The notes below the pieces were generated by a model, which saw nothing but the letters and a program-made list of their open reading frames with translations, was not told the origin of the DNA and made no database searches. Source: Zootoca vivipara (taxonomy: Eukaryota). Taken from it: a stretch of 64,000 bases of DNA. Where the stretch lies: the NCBI RefSeq assembly GCF_963506605.1, contig NC_083279.1:69564001-69628000 (forward strand), written 5' to 3'. The translations under genes and the position numbers were made by a program. Each line of letters opens with the position of its first letter. The first letter of the stretch is position 1. Below, in pieces: positions 12,250 through 25,572 of this stretch.

Positions 12250-14898
12250 TCACTGGGAAATCCTAGGAATCCCGAGAACCCACTTTGAAAAATAGTTTTC
12301 TACACCAAAAGAAATCTGTGATAAGAAAACAAATTGAAAAAGCAACTCCTGCCTTTTGCAGAAGTAATGCAGTCAATTCAGTGGCCAGTATTCAAAATCA
12401 GAAAAATGAAGGGCTGATAGCTTAAGCTAAGCATACTACTTACAGGTGTTTCATTAAATGATGGTAAATTATTAACTGGAGCACATCTTATATCTTTCTT
12501 CAAAATAGTTTCCAAGTCAGATTCATAATTTGTTGAAATTCATGGTGGCCTTGAGAAGCTCCTTTAATCTGGAAATATTTATCGTAATTAAATTCTTCAC
12601 TTCTCGAGAAGTTTGGCTAGGCAGGTGTAGCAGGGAGAAAAATGGTGTACTGTACACACAAATAAGACAGTGACGTTAGCCAAGATTTTTTGTAAAAAAA
12701 AAGAAAAAAAGGTTGTGTTCACACTTGCCTTGGTAAATTTAAGCATATATAGCACTTCCTTTGTTTATAATACACGAAATTGACATGGAATTTGGTTTTA
12801 CTTGACAAGTTTTTATACTTAAAAACACTAGCCTCAGCAGCTAGAGTCCATGGCTAAAGATTACACAGCATCAGCACAAGCAAAGCTCAAAGAAGAGTAA
12901 GTTACAGCTTTTGGTTCCCACCATTTCTTCCCCAACTTGGGAATAAATCATGACAAATACTCCAAACTTTTCCTTCCTCCTTTTCAAAGAGTTCTTGTGA
13001 AACTTCAAGAGGTTAGTATATCATAGGCCCAAGGTAAAGGATTTGTGTACTTTTTCATTGCTTTGATGGTGGGGAGGGTACTGAAAACAAGCACAATTAT
13101 TATATAGAATGGGGCTAAAGCTGACCAGGACATTGGTCACCTAAAGGTTATAAATGAATTTATAAATTGAAGGGGTGTGTGTGAGAGAGAGAGATGAGTT
13201 TAGGTACATAAATGGTTGTACCTAGTGCCATCTTTCCTTTTCCCTGATTAATGGTTTAGTTAAGGGCTAATTGTGCCATTGGCCTCAATAATGAGGAGCC
13301 AAAAGAAATCATTTTTTAAAAGTCTTGAACTTTCACAAGTAATTGAACAACTGCAGCTCTAGATAAATAACTTGTTTACATCTCTTATGTTTATAGCAAA
13401 GCCTTTAAAGAAAATATACGTTACAGATTTTTAACTGCAAACAAAAATTCACATACAAATACAAAACTGCTTAGATCTTACACACAGATGTCTACATGGT
13501 CAAAGCTCTTCTAAATTGTAAAAATAAAACTTGGATGCATATTTCCCCCACTAGATAATCTCGTTGTGCTGAAGTAAGAGTGACTAACATACAGTAGGTA
13601 AGTAATCTATAATATGATCCAGATATTCAAACTACATATGAAAACTAGTAATTCAGACCCATATACTGCTTCTGAAGTATTTTATCTATTTCAGCTATGT
13701 GACTGATGATATTACCTAACCCCAGACTACTTACACAACTTAAATCCTGCTGAAAAGTCCTCAAGTGTTTTAGGTCTGTGTCCAGGTAGATTACAGAAAT
13801 AATAACTGACGGAAAACTCTATCGCTAAAAGAAATTAACTCTCAACAGTGTTCCAGCAATATTAAATGTAAAACAGCTGGAGATAAAAGTGTAAAGTTAT
13901 GTTCTACAGATTGCTTTAATGACAAAACCGAAGTGGATTAAAATGCTGTCTTAAAATCCAAGAGTGTCCCTTACTTAAAAATACAAGATGGTCTTCTCGC
14001 ATTTAAACTAAAGATTTAAACCAAAATATGGATATATGCTTCTACCGGTTGGTTGGTTGGTTTGTGTGTGGCTTTCTTCTCCTCTTAAGGGATTATGGGA
14101 AATATTGAAACCAAAACTAAAGCAGGTTAAAAGTACAATCATCATTTTGGTAATGCCTTTTTTCTGCTGATATTCTTTATCGGTCTCAAATTGACAAAGA
14201 AATATTAACAAGCACTGGTCAAGACTCATGATTAAGAAAACAATCAAAATACTGATTTACCTTTTCCCTAATATTTATACACATGTAAGACACATGTCTA
14301 AGAGTGGAACAGGCCACAGAGAAATTACACAAAGTTTCAAAACAGGACTATAGAGTAAACTACCACAGCCAGAAGTCTGAGTTTATGGATGTTTAAAATA
14401 CTAAATGACTTTTTGCAGTAGTCTTTTCAGGTTCTATGCTGTCCAGAAAGCCAGAGTCTATCAAACTCAATGTATAGCAAGTTACTCCCCTTCTATAAAA
14501 GTAGCCTTAAGGAGACAACAATCTATTACAAAGTAGGAGCTGGAAGTCTTGAGTGCAGCAGCATTTAATTTAAATGGATTAAAGAGACAGTAACCTTTCC
14601 TCTGTCTTCATATAAGAATAGTTGTAAAAGAAAATTCTTAAAAAGGTACCACTTCCAATGTCTTTATTTTCCATAACCTTGTGAAATTAATTGCACGAAG
14701 CTACAAAATTAGCAAATGCTTTGAAATCTGTATACAAAACATAAATTACCTCTACTTTTAAACTCAGTTTTTTTGTGCACCACTTAGAAACTTTTAAAAG
14801 TGGCACTCAAAATAGCCATACACCACTCTAAAAAAGGAAAGTGTTCCTTTAATATCATACCCTCCCATTTCTCCCAACACTCAGATCTCAATACACAA

Positions 14899-17800
14899 CT
14901 AGTCATCATGTTCACGGACATTTCCAAGGTGAGATTTCATGTTCCGTTCCCATAACTTCTGGTTGTCAGAAAACCCATGCTTTCCTTTGTTGAAAGAATT
15001 TGGTCCTGCTGAAGTTGGAGTATCCCTGTGATAACAGAACAAAAAGCAAGGGGCCAACTTTATCAGTTTCATATTAATGGTTTAGAAGTCCAGGTGCACA
15101 TGCTAACCTGTTAACATGCAGTAGGTACCTTCTTAAGTTTGCTGTGCAAAAAAGTTAACACTATCATATCTTTCATTGTGAGGAAACCATACAGACAAGT
15201 TCAAAAGATGCCTCTCTAGAACTACTCCCACACAATGGGGAAAAATGTAGTGCAGAAATGTCTTCTATGCAGCTACAAAGCAGCAGTTAGAGACAATGCT
15301 CACAATATTGAACCTGGGATAACTATGCAGCACACACACATTTTGAATATGTTGAATATTAAAACCCCTATAAATTAATATTGCTTGTGAGTCTAGAACT
15401 AGATGGAACATGACCCTTAGAGTCAGTTTATAATAAAAGTTGTATCTGCATAATGAACAGTCACAAACTGTTCAGTGTGCTAAGATGCTTTTTCCAGATT
15501 AGCTGCTATTGGGGTCATTATGATCCAGAGATATTACATAACTTTCAAAAATATTGTACTGAAAGACATAACCTGAGCAGGGTGAAAAGTGGGTATGAGA
15601 CAGAAGAGACAAGACAGGATGGGATGAAATGATCCCATATAGTTTTGGCCATAACTAGAAAAACCATGAAAGGTTTTGAAATGTTGTTGTTGCAGAAAGC
15701 AAAACTACTATGCAGAACATCTTTCTGCCACCCCACCTTTTCCTAAAATAACAAGCAAGTGCAACTCTACCTTCCAATGTTCTTCATGCGCATTTTAGCT
15801 TCTGGTGGCATCTCTTCAGGTTCACTCTATTTTCAAAGAGAACATGAACGTAAGAAAATAGTTACAAATTCTAATCAGTAGGAATAAAATTGTGGCATAT
15901 GAAATAATGAACACATTACAAGCCTCTTCTGAATTCAAGTTTACACTTAATAACTTTATATTTACATTCAGAACAAAGCAGGCAGTTGCAACTCTATATC
16001 TAGAGGGATCAGATTTGAGCCAGGGAGAAGTATGTGCGTTTTTCTGACACATGCCCCCTTCCATGAGCCTTTTTTATTCTCAAATTAAAATTCAAGGTTC
16101 TATCACCAATACTGCCGAAGACAAAAACCAAAACAGATAGCATTTACATTTCTCTCATCTGCCTACTGCCAGTTCTATTAAGAAGCAAAGATAACAGACT
16201 CAAATTCAAGTCAGAGGGATGTTTGGTTGCACACACCAGGTGGCAGTAATAATGTGTTTTACAAACACAGGGATAAAAAAAACCACTCCAAGTCTGAAAA
16301 AGGCAAAGGCTGGAAAAATACTTTAGATTTGTACAGTATATAAGCCTTGTGCAGAAACAGAGGAAAGTGTCAAATTTTAAAGACGGTGTGGCAACAATGA
16401 GTGATACCCAACTATGGTGCCTGCTGGCATAGCTGGTTTCAGCTCTCACAAATGGGCCTACCCCTTCTTCTCTTCTCTGCAAGCCCCCCCCCCAATGTGT
16501 CCTCTCTAGAGCAAACAGGGGGTGGGGTGGGGCTGCAGGACCTCATGCTAAAGTGTTTAAATTATTTGAAATTCAAATTTCAAAGGGCATTTACACATTA
16601 CAGATTTTAGCAGAATCCCATGCCAGTTTGCTGTATTGGACTAGTAGCATATGATACTTTCTCTTTCCTGTACCCATACTTGTCCTGGTCAGAGAACAAT
16701 ATACTTCTCCATTCTAAGAAAATATATTTACTTACATCTTCATCTTCGTTGAAGATTGCTGCTACAGAAAGCGTTTTTGGAGCTAGGTTTGGAGTAGGCT
16801 CTTTAGGTTTCTGAAAGAGAACAAAGACAGCATTTGTTTTTTGTCCTATGTTGTGAGGTTTTTTGTTTTGTTATACGTATTTGTGGTTCTTGTGGTGTTT
16901 CCCAAATCTACCTGGAAATGCCCATTACCCACTGAAAGGTGGAATATTTTAGAAAACAACAATAAGCCCCTTAAGTTCTTCATATGCTTGTCAATGGCTA
17001 TTTGTACCTTTAACCAAGGCTCATGTGTTATGAGTATATTTATTGATAAAATAGTATATTAACTAGTGTAGCTATCTTTTACCAGTGTAGCTAAACATTA
17101 CCACCAGTATTTTGCTATGTACTCAGTACTGCATAACACCTAAATCAGAACAAAAGCCACCAACTTCAAAATAATTTTTTCAAGTAAACACCACACCTAC
17201 CAATAGCTTCCAGAATTTAATCCCCTTGTAGCAGTGCATTATTATAAATGTTTATGAATAAATTAATATTGAAATAAATAGCTTTAGCTTTATTTTTTAA
17301 TGCTTAGCTAGCATCCTATCCAAAAAAACATACTACAGCTTTATAATTCACAAGAAATAGTGAATAGGTGTATGTCAATCCGAACTTTTTCTAGTTTATT
17401 ACTGTTGAGCATGGCATGCGTAAGAAGGTTAGCATAACCTCATCTCAAATGTGTCCTGGAAGGCATTAGGAGACATCCTGAGCTCCTAATTACTTGTGTA
17501 AAGATCATCATATGTAAATCTAATGAAAATATTATTAAGCAAATAAGCTAAATGGGAAACAGACAGGAAACTAGGATAAATTCATTAGCACGTTAGAATG
17601 ATTTGAATTTTAGGAATTGCTTATCTCAAAGCCCACCTTCCTCCTCCATTAGAATTCATTGCCTAAAATTAATACAAAACCCCTAAGATTTTCAATTGTT
17701 AGTTAGCTTTTGAAGCCCCAATCAAGAAGATATATAAAGATAAAGAACCAACCCAATAAAGAACCAACACATGCTCCAACTGTGTATACCTGGACAGGCA

Positions 17801-20800
17801 TAATCTACCCCGCTTCCATTTCTTGACTTGCTACTAGTTTGAGTTCTGTGGCAAAATTGCCACACTCACTTTCTGTAGATTTTTGAGACTAGTTAGGGAT
17901 TCTTTCACTCTATAGATTAAAGTGTGTAGGTATTGTAGGATTTGTTGCCTGTTTATCTATTCTGTCACCTTCATTTCATATAATAAACCAAGCTTTCTTT
18001 GATCCTTTTGTGTAAGAACTTGATTTGGGTGTAAGGTTAAGTGTAAACACATAGTCATAACAGACGTACATCATAACTCTAGCAAAAGATCCTAAAACTC
18101 TTGGCAGTGTGTGTATGAATACACGTGCATGCTGGACATGCATGTGGGTTTAGATACATAGTTTGTTAACATTTACAATATTTTAAATGTTTATGGATCA
18201 ATGGATATTGAAAGAAAAAGCTTTAAGTTTTTTTTTTACTATTTAACTAGCATGCTACTGCAAAAAAGACACTGCAACTTTATAATTCACAATAAAACAT
18301 TCCAATAACTTACATTTGCTCCAAGCTTGATGGATATTGCAGGCGGTTTCTTTGCAACCTGTGTGCCAATGGCAAACCCAAACTTGGACATTTTGGCAGG
18401 AGCAGGCTTTGTGTCGGGGTCATCAGTTTCTTCATCAGTTGCCGGCTTCTCCACNNNNNNNNNNNNNNNNNNNNNNNNNNNNNNNNNNNNNNNNNNNNNN
18501 NNNNNNNNNNNNNNNNNNNNNNNNNNNNNNNNNNNNNNNNNNNNNNNNNNNNNNNNNNNNNNNNNNNNNNNNNNNNNNNNNNNNNNNATGGGAGCAGCAA
18601 CCTCATAAAGCACTGTTATGCAGAGGAGACTTTTGCACTTACAGTGTCAGCATCTCCACAACTGTTTATACAGAGCACACTGTAAGAACATAGACATATA
18701 GTGAAGGGAGCTCCAATCACGTGACTAATGCAGAACAAAATTCTTCAGTTACAAAAAAAGAAATCAAAATAAGTCTTTAAAGCCGCAAGGCACCACTATT
18801 ACTACTGTCAAGGGCAATTCAGATCAAGGTAGAGCAAGTTATTAAAACACACATCTTGATTGAATAATTTTAGAGGTCTTGCTTTGAACAGCCCCCATGT
18901 ATACTAATTACTGCATCCATCTTAGATTGTAGTTGTAACATTGATATTTAAACCACAAATGCTTACATCACAATAAAGTTCTTAAGGTGGAATCCAATTG
19001 GTGCATTTGTACTCATGGAACGGCTTTTGATCTAGAATAGATCATAGATGCCTCTGCTAAGGAACAACAGAGGTGATATTTGTCCATTTTTTCTCCCTAC
19101 AACAGTGCCCAGAAAAACTGTACACTGAGAATTGGGAGTCCTGCTGAAAAGCAAGGAAGGTGGTACAGGCAGAAATCAGCAAGAAGTGTCTCCTTTAATT
19201 TGCAGAGGCATCAGCTGGAACAAAAGCCCTTCTGCAAGTGCAAAGGCACACTAACTGAATTCTACCCTTTGACTTTAAGAAGTTCAGCGAAAAAAGCTTG
19301 ACATCTTTTAAGAATATAGCATTTGTATTTATATAGCACTTTGTGGGTTCAAAGAAAAAAATCAGGATTAAAAATATGTTATCGCCATAAAAAGTCTAAA
19401 ATGACACATAACTTAGTTTTTATGCTGAGGGCAGAGAAAAAGAGGAGGAAATGGCTGCAATCCTTGACAAATTCACAATCAGTGTGCACTGTACTCAAAT
19501 TACAGTGATTGTTACTCAAATTAGAGAATCGTTTAGGATAAAAGGCAGAGCTGACATTACAACCAGTGTCTCTGACACTGTTCTGCCCTATACAGTTCAT
19601 TTTTCAAGAAAAAACAAAAGGTACAAACAGCCCTGTACCTTTTCAAACATGTGTGGACCGTTTTCAGACCTGGAAGATGGCAGAACGGGCTTATGTACAC
19701 TCCGCCAACATGTGCAATGTCCAGGAATGGAGCTCCTACACAAATTGGGAGTTGCCTGTACTCAATAACAGTTTTGACCATGCATTATATTTGAATACTA
19801 CTGTGTTCAGATGTTTTAACCAGCAAGAAAAGGGAAGCCTGCCCATCTCTTATTATTCAATTGATTCATTATACTTAATCCCAAAATGTTACCTGGCCTA
19901 GTCTACAGTGGGAATTGTGTAATACAGTGGGTGGGTAGCACCAATATTGTATCTCTTCATACACACTGGCTAACTTTATACAGATTAACAGGGCGCCTTC
20001 CTACATTCTTATAAAAGGAATAGACAAATTCATGGAAGCTTATGAATGGCTACTAGCCACAATGGCTATGTTCTTCCGCACACTAGGAAGCAATATGCCT
20101 CTGAATACCAGTTGCTGGGAACTGCAGGTGGACTAGATAGGCTTTTGGACTGATCCAGCAGGGCTCTTTTATGTTCTTAAGACATTAAAAGTTATAACAG
20201 GACATAGAGAAGATGGTTTCTAACACCTGCTTAACACTCTTCTGTCTCCCCAGGCATGATATCAGCTGTATGCAAACATGCCTCTGTTCATTGCATAATT
20301 TTGCTGGATTCATTTTTATTTTATGGTAGACTGCTCTGACATTTTTTAAAAAATATTAAAGTTAATAAACATCTTTAAAAATACTGAAAGGTTGCATCCA
20401 AACGATTTGTTAGTTATTAAAGTAGTAAGCAGCATTCGTCCTTTCAAATATAATGGACACATCCACTTCTATTACTGGGAAAATATAGAAAAATGTAATG
20501 CCAAATTGAAAATATGGGCATATGGTTGAACATGTTTAGTTGGAAACGTTAACTTTTATTCCTAAAAGTTGCCACGAAGAAGTTTCAGAAGAAAGCAACT
20601 ACTGTAGCATTATCCCTGTAAAGTAATAGTGTATGTTTGTAGTCAAACCCTGCACATGTCCAGCTACACGAAAGCCCCTGAGAGTCCAGTGTGGCGTCTA
20701 TAGAGGATTGCAGCCTTGGGCCAATGTTGCGCTAAATTTTGAAGGGACTGGGATTATTTACCCTGGCGCCCAACTGCTTTACGAAACAGCTGCACTTCAG

Positions 20801-21355
20801 CAGCGCAATGTTTCGGGCCAAGCGGCTCTTTGCAATCCTTGCCCTGCCACAGGGCGGGATATATATTAGGCACTACGACGTCTTCCACGAGGGGTTCCCA
20901 CTCCCGCCCAGCCACACGGACGGGGAAGAAGCGGAATTGTGAAGGAGACAGATTAGAAAGCCGAGGCACCGGGAAATGCAGCATTCAGACAGCCCGGGAG
21001 TGGGGCGCGGGGGGAGGGGATTGTGGTGAGTCTGCAGAAAGACCTTCACTCACGGAAGCCATGGGGCGGCCGAAGCCGCGCGGGAGACGAGGCTGCGACT
21101 TGGCTCCCGTCAGAAGCAATGAACTCGCCTCCGGTACGCAGCCAAATCTCTCAAGGGCTCTTAAGGGTAGAAGGTGGTACCCGCAGCCCGCCGCCGCTCC
21201 CCCTTCCGAAACCAGCCCTCGCCCCTCTCCCGCCCAAACCCAGCCCCAAGCGCCCCCACACTCCCGACCAGAGCCTCGCATAGCAACGCAGCGTGTTTAC
21301 CTCCGTCAAGAAGTGGCCGCTTCAGCTTCACGTCGCCTCCTTTGCCGTCCGCCAT
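14899..21355 (-). CDS. PCNP: PEST proteolytic signal-containing nuclear protein; complement(join(14899..15025,15771..15826,16736..16810,18314..>18454,21301..21355)); 5' end of exon 2 hidden in the N gap
   Basis: Translation: [18 protein letters not shown] / ...[32 protein letters not shown] / [25 protein letters not shown] / [19 protein letters not shown] / [41 protein letters not shown]. This matches PCNP. Visible splice sites are canonical with consistent phases. Confidence 0.95.
18455..18587. other. Assembly gap (133 N) covering the acceptor and 5' part of PCNP exon 2
   Basis: Run of N directly abutting the in-frame PCNP coding sequence (VEKPATDEE...). Confidence 0.95.
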
Positions 21356-21700
21356 TTTGCCCCACCTCCTCCTCCCCGCGGCTGCGTCCACAGACTGTGC
21401 GCAGCAGCGCCGTACAAGCCCGCCCACGCCTCGCGTCGTCAGGGGGAGCAGAGAAGCGGCGGCTAGAGAGGCTCCTGCGTTTTCTCGGCTCGCTCCGTTT
21501 CCGGGCGGAAGTGGTCGCAACTTCCGACTTGGAGCGGCAGCTTCTTCTAGCAGTCGACGCAAGGGGATTGGTGGTGTTCGAGTGCCTATTGATTGGTCGT
21601 GACGTCAACCCGCGCGCTTCGCACCCCCCTCCCCGCACCCAGCCACCCTCGATCGTTTAGGTCTGAGGAGCGCTGTCCTTTTCGGAGAATCATCGTTGGA
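20800..21700 (-). promoter_or_regulatory. CpG island / PCNP promoter and exon 1
   Basis: High GC and CpG. Full CRE TGACGTCA 21600-21607. CCAAT boxes (ATTGG 21567-21571, 21592-21596). Inverted ETS pair CGGAAGT 21506-21512 / ACTTCCG 21520-21526. YY1-type CAAAATGGCGGA overlapping the ATG. Confidence 0.85.
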
Positions 21701-21812
21701 AGGGACAACGAAGCCCATTGAGTCCAACCCTCCGCAATGCAGGAATCTTTTTTTGCCCGCTGCGGGGCTCAAGTCCTGGGGTTAAAGAGTCTCATGCTCT
21801 ATCGACTGAGCT
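21686..21812 (-). mobile_element. tRNA-derived SINE with CR1-like tail
   Basis: The reverse complement gives a cagctcagtcgatagagcatgagactct head and a ggactcaatggg...cccttccaac tail; related to 3393..3824. Confidence 0.65.
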
Positions 21813-22699
21813 GAATTAGGGCGAGGGAGTCTCTTTGACTCAAGAGCTCGAGGCCATCCAGTGAAATTGTCAGCGCAATATGTGGGAAGCCGAAGGTGGC
21901 TTTAAAGGGGGGGGCAGAATAAAAACCCCGGGAGGGGTGCTTGCCTTCCTGCTGGCATCCTATCTCAAGTTGCTGGACTAAGTGGACCTTAGGAGGCCTG
22001 GGTGTGATGTCGAGTTGTAGTCACTCTAGAGAAATGCATGTTCTAGTTACAACAAAGAGGTAGAATTTCTAGAAACTTGTTTTCCAAACCAGATTTTCAT
22101 TTGGGGGACGGGGGACGGACTTGGCTACACACTGAGGATAGAGTTGCTCAAATTCAGTGATCTTGATACGACACTTGTTGCAACTCCAGTTTTGTGGAAT
22201 CAGTTTCACCTTATGCAATCAGATGTGGAACAGGTGCTGATGGCAATGGGCCCAATCCCTGTCCCTCCTAGCTTATTAAGTCTAGCAGTGGGAGAGGAGG
22301 GGGTGGGCAAGGATCAGTAATGTATCAAGCTGGTGAAGAAGCCAGGGCGTCTCCCACTCCTCCTGCGACCAGCTCCCCTCCCAGAACCAGAAAAAGTATG
22401 AAGACGGCGGAGCCAAGACAGGCACAGCCAGAAGTCTCAGATTGCTTGGGAAGGACCCAGAAGAGATTTAGACAGCTGTGGAAAGGCAGGGACTTTCAGT
22501 CCCCACAGCTACCTCATAGGGGGCAAGATATACCAGGAGTTGCTGTGCTCACTAGGCCTGGCCTCCTGAGTCGACTGTTTCCTTGAGTAAGACTTAACTT
22601 CACTTATCCTCCTACCAAAGAGTCCCGAGTAAGCTTAGCAGTCATTAGATAATTGGCCATGTGTTCTTCTGGATCAGTAATTGTTTAAGGAGCAGCAAG

Positions 22700-23470
22700 T
22701 AAAAACAAGTGGACAGTTTTCAGATAGGGTTATAACAAATGGGCCCCTTCAAGCATCTATATGTGACTGATGCTTTTTAACTGGTTCATAATGATCTGGA
22801 ATTTAGGGCGAGAAGTGAAGTAGTCACATCTGCTGGTGATATCAAATGGTTCAGGATGATAAAAGCAAAGAGGGGATTTTGAGTTCCAAAAATGATCTCT
22901 CCAAACTGGGTGAATGGGTATGAAGAAAAACAATTCAATGTATGCAAGTCTAAAGTGATGCACATTAGGAAAAAAATCCTTGACATATATACTAATAAGA
23001 AAAGGTTTGGGGACAGCATAATGAAAACGTTGATTCATGCACAGCAGCTGTAAAAAATGTGAATTCTGTATTAGGGGTCATTAGGAAAGAAACTGAGATG
23101 TATAAAATTATGCAAGTTGTAGAAAGGTTTTGTCCCTCTGTCAAAATACCTGGAGTAATCTGATGAAACTGAATATGGGAAGATTCAGCAAAACAAAAGG
23201 AAGTACTTCTTCATACAGCACATAAACTGGAATTTGCTTTCAGACAATGTATTGATGGCTACCAATTTGGATGGAGTTCATGGAGAATAAGGCTATTAAT
23301 GGTGGCTAGTCAGGATGGATTTATACTACCTCTGTATGCCTCTGAACACCAGATGCTAGGGAACAAGAATGGGGAGCTGCATTCATATTCTGCTTTTGGG
23401 CTTTCCATAGACATGTACTTGGCTATTGATGAGTCATTAATCTGATCCTGCAAGATCTTATGTTGTTCAA
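22700..23470 (+). mobile_element. Decayed CR1 LINE 3' fragment
   Basis: Degenerate RT-region phrases (aatgatctgga, gatctctccaaactgggtgaatgg, aagtacttcttcatacagc) with stops and frameshifts. Confidence 0.7.
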
Positions 23471-24285
23471 AGCACCACATAAGCCACAATAATGATGATG
23501 GATCCAATTTGTTATTATTAAATTTCCAGCTTTCTCCTTGTAAAAAAAAAAAGCAACATAACTAACATAAATCGAATAAATTTCCATTTATTTTTCAATG
23601 CTACCACAACTAAGCTCATATTTACAAACGTCTACGTAATACCTGAATACAATGGTCATATTTGCAATTTACCAGAAAATGTAGGTTCCTTCTTGTCCAA
23701 CAACTTTATAAAGCAGATATAATTCATTGTGCTGCCCTAGCATTCAGAAATTGTTCCTAGTACAGCAACAGCAGCATGCTGCTGAACTATCAGTTGCTTC
23801 AGGTCTGAGCTAGCCAGTGGGGGCTGAAGAAATCTATTCTGCTTTACCAAGTATGGGCTACTGACACCCTGGACATAAGCGTCTGTGGATCTTTTGAAGC
23901 CAAGGGTGCTTGTGAATGATAAAAACTTTCATGACCTCATCTTATAGTTACGTATTGTGAGGGAAGTTCATTTGGCATCCACAGCCTAAAAGCCAATTCC
24001 CTTACTAGAATAGGGTAGTGAAGGAGTGAAGGTTACAACATACACTGTCACATTTTGATATTATTGGGCTCTTGAATAACTTCTGGAACTTATCACTGAA
24101 TATTGAATAACAGGTAATAAATTTTTCACATTTATTTTTGTAGAAAAGCATGTCCTTGTGTCACTTTGGCTGAAACCCATGCAACTCAAGAGCTAGAGAA
24201 AAGTTTAAGCAGTTAAAATCTTAAGGTTAAATCTTGATTTAATTCAAACTTACAATCAGTCAAACACTGGGTGGCTAACATGCTA

Positions 24286-25572
24286 TTAAGACGCATCTTC
24301 CCACCAGTTTTTCTGTGCTTGCTGCCTGGAGTAATTTTGTGCAAACTGCTTGTGTGCCTTTCTTTGACCAGCCATTTTTTCATGCAACTTTGTTTTCTTC
24401 CATGTGTCAATTTGCTGCTTTGACCAGGAAGACATTTCCACAAAGCCTTCGTGTTTTCTTTGTGGAACAAACTGCAGAGCTTCCTTCCAATCCCCAGTAT
24501 CTTTCAGAGTTAATAAGATGCGCATCATTTGATCCAGAGTGAGATTTTTGGCACCTTCCCCCCATTGCAAGCACCTATCCAAAGGAAGGCGTGCTGTTGC
24601 CAAGTCCAGCCGTTTTGCATTAGCAAGGGAAAGTCCAGTCTTCATTGATTTATCAACTAGTGATCCAATTATATAGATCTTATCATGCTCAAATGTTTTC
24701 ATCACATTGGGAGAATCAGCAGTTAAGTAGACAAGTTGATCTTTTGGAAAGACTTCAACATAAGACTTTTCTGTCACAGTCACAAATAACTTGTCCCATG
24801 CTTCTCCGTAACGTTTGACAAATTCTTTGTGATACGGACCATCTGCTTTGAGATTACAATAATGCAAGTGGAATGGGTCCAAAGATCTACGATTGGCCCC
24901 TTCACATTCCATCAGCTGTTTCACTGTATTCTCCATTTCTCTGCGTGACATATAATTTTCGTAGTTCATATCATACACCAGAGGCTGACCAAAGATCATA
25001 GACTGGGCTGCTCTCCAGTTGTACACAGCATCCTGTGACCTAGCCCAAAGCTTAGGGACAAATGTATTTTTTAGCTCACCACTAGCATTTTCCTGAGTGT
25101 TTAGCATTCGTTCCTTCTTTGCTTCGTTTCGTTTTTCTCTCTTTTCTCTGTCAGCTTTCTTCCTGTTTTCTTTTATAGCCAAGAATTTTAAGTACTTCCT
25201 TATGGAACTCTTGGTAGGACATTCAGTTAAAATCTTGAAATCTTCTTCGCTAATATTTTCTGGAACAAGTCTGCCCGACAGTCTCCACATCTCAATAAGT
25301 TCCCTAGTAACCGCTGAAGGAGAATCTTCTTCACTCTGTGATGTTCTTTCAGTGGCTTCTTCTTGCTGTGCAGACCGCATTACATGTTTCCATCCATCCA
25401 AATCTAGTTTCTCAGTAGCACTTGGGGAGGAGTCCTTGTTAAACCAAGCTGACAAAACCAAAGTTCTACAAGTTATGATTCGGCTGGGCATTATTAAAAA
25501 TAATCTCCTTTTTGTCCCGTCTGATGCTGCTAATTGGAAGACAGATCTTCTAATAATATTAAATAGATGCAT
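24286..25572 (-). CDS. TRMT10C: tRNA methyltransferase 10C, mitochondrial RNase P subunit MRPP1 (428 aa, single coding exon; exon acceptor probably at 25616)
   Basis: Arg-rich amphipathic N-terminus resembling a mitochondrial presequence. SPOUT motifs FGQPLVYDM, DPFHLHYCNL, LVYLTADSPN, IYIIGSLVDK, ARLPLD, KNLTLDQMMRIL. Acceptor ttctatgtataattgcag 44 nt upstream of the ATG. Synteny. Confidence 0.96.
   Translation of the reverse strand: MHLFNIIRRSVFQLAASDGTKRRLFLIMPSRIITCRTLVLSAWFNKDSSPSATEKLDLDGWKHVMRSAQQEEATERTSQSEEDSPSAVTRELIEMWRLSGRLVPENISEEDFKILTECPTKSSIRKYLKFLAIKENRKKADREKREKRNEAKKERMLNTQENASGELKNTFVPKLWARSQDAVYNWRAAQSMIFGQPLVYDMNYENYMSRREMENTVKQLMECEGANRRSLDPFHLHYCNLKADGPYHKEFVKRYGEAWDKLFVTVTEKSYVEVFPKDQLVYLTADSPNVMKTFEHDKIYIIGSLVDKSMKTGLSLANAKRLDLATARLPLDRCLQWGEGAKNLTLDQMMRILLTLKDTGDWKEALQFVPQRKHEGFVEMSSWSKQQIDTWKKTKLHEKMAGQRKAHKQFAQNYSRQQAQKNWWEDAS

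Noticed and set aside
18287-18693. ORFs spanning the N run
   Set aside because: Artefacts of translating through the gap; only 18314-18454 is real coding sequence.
20830-21660. 276-aa plus-strand ORF and other overlapping ORFs
   Set aside because: Stop-poor CpG island antisense to PCNP exon 1; low-complexity Pro/Arg/Ala with no recognisable domain.
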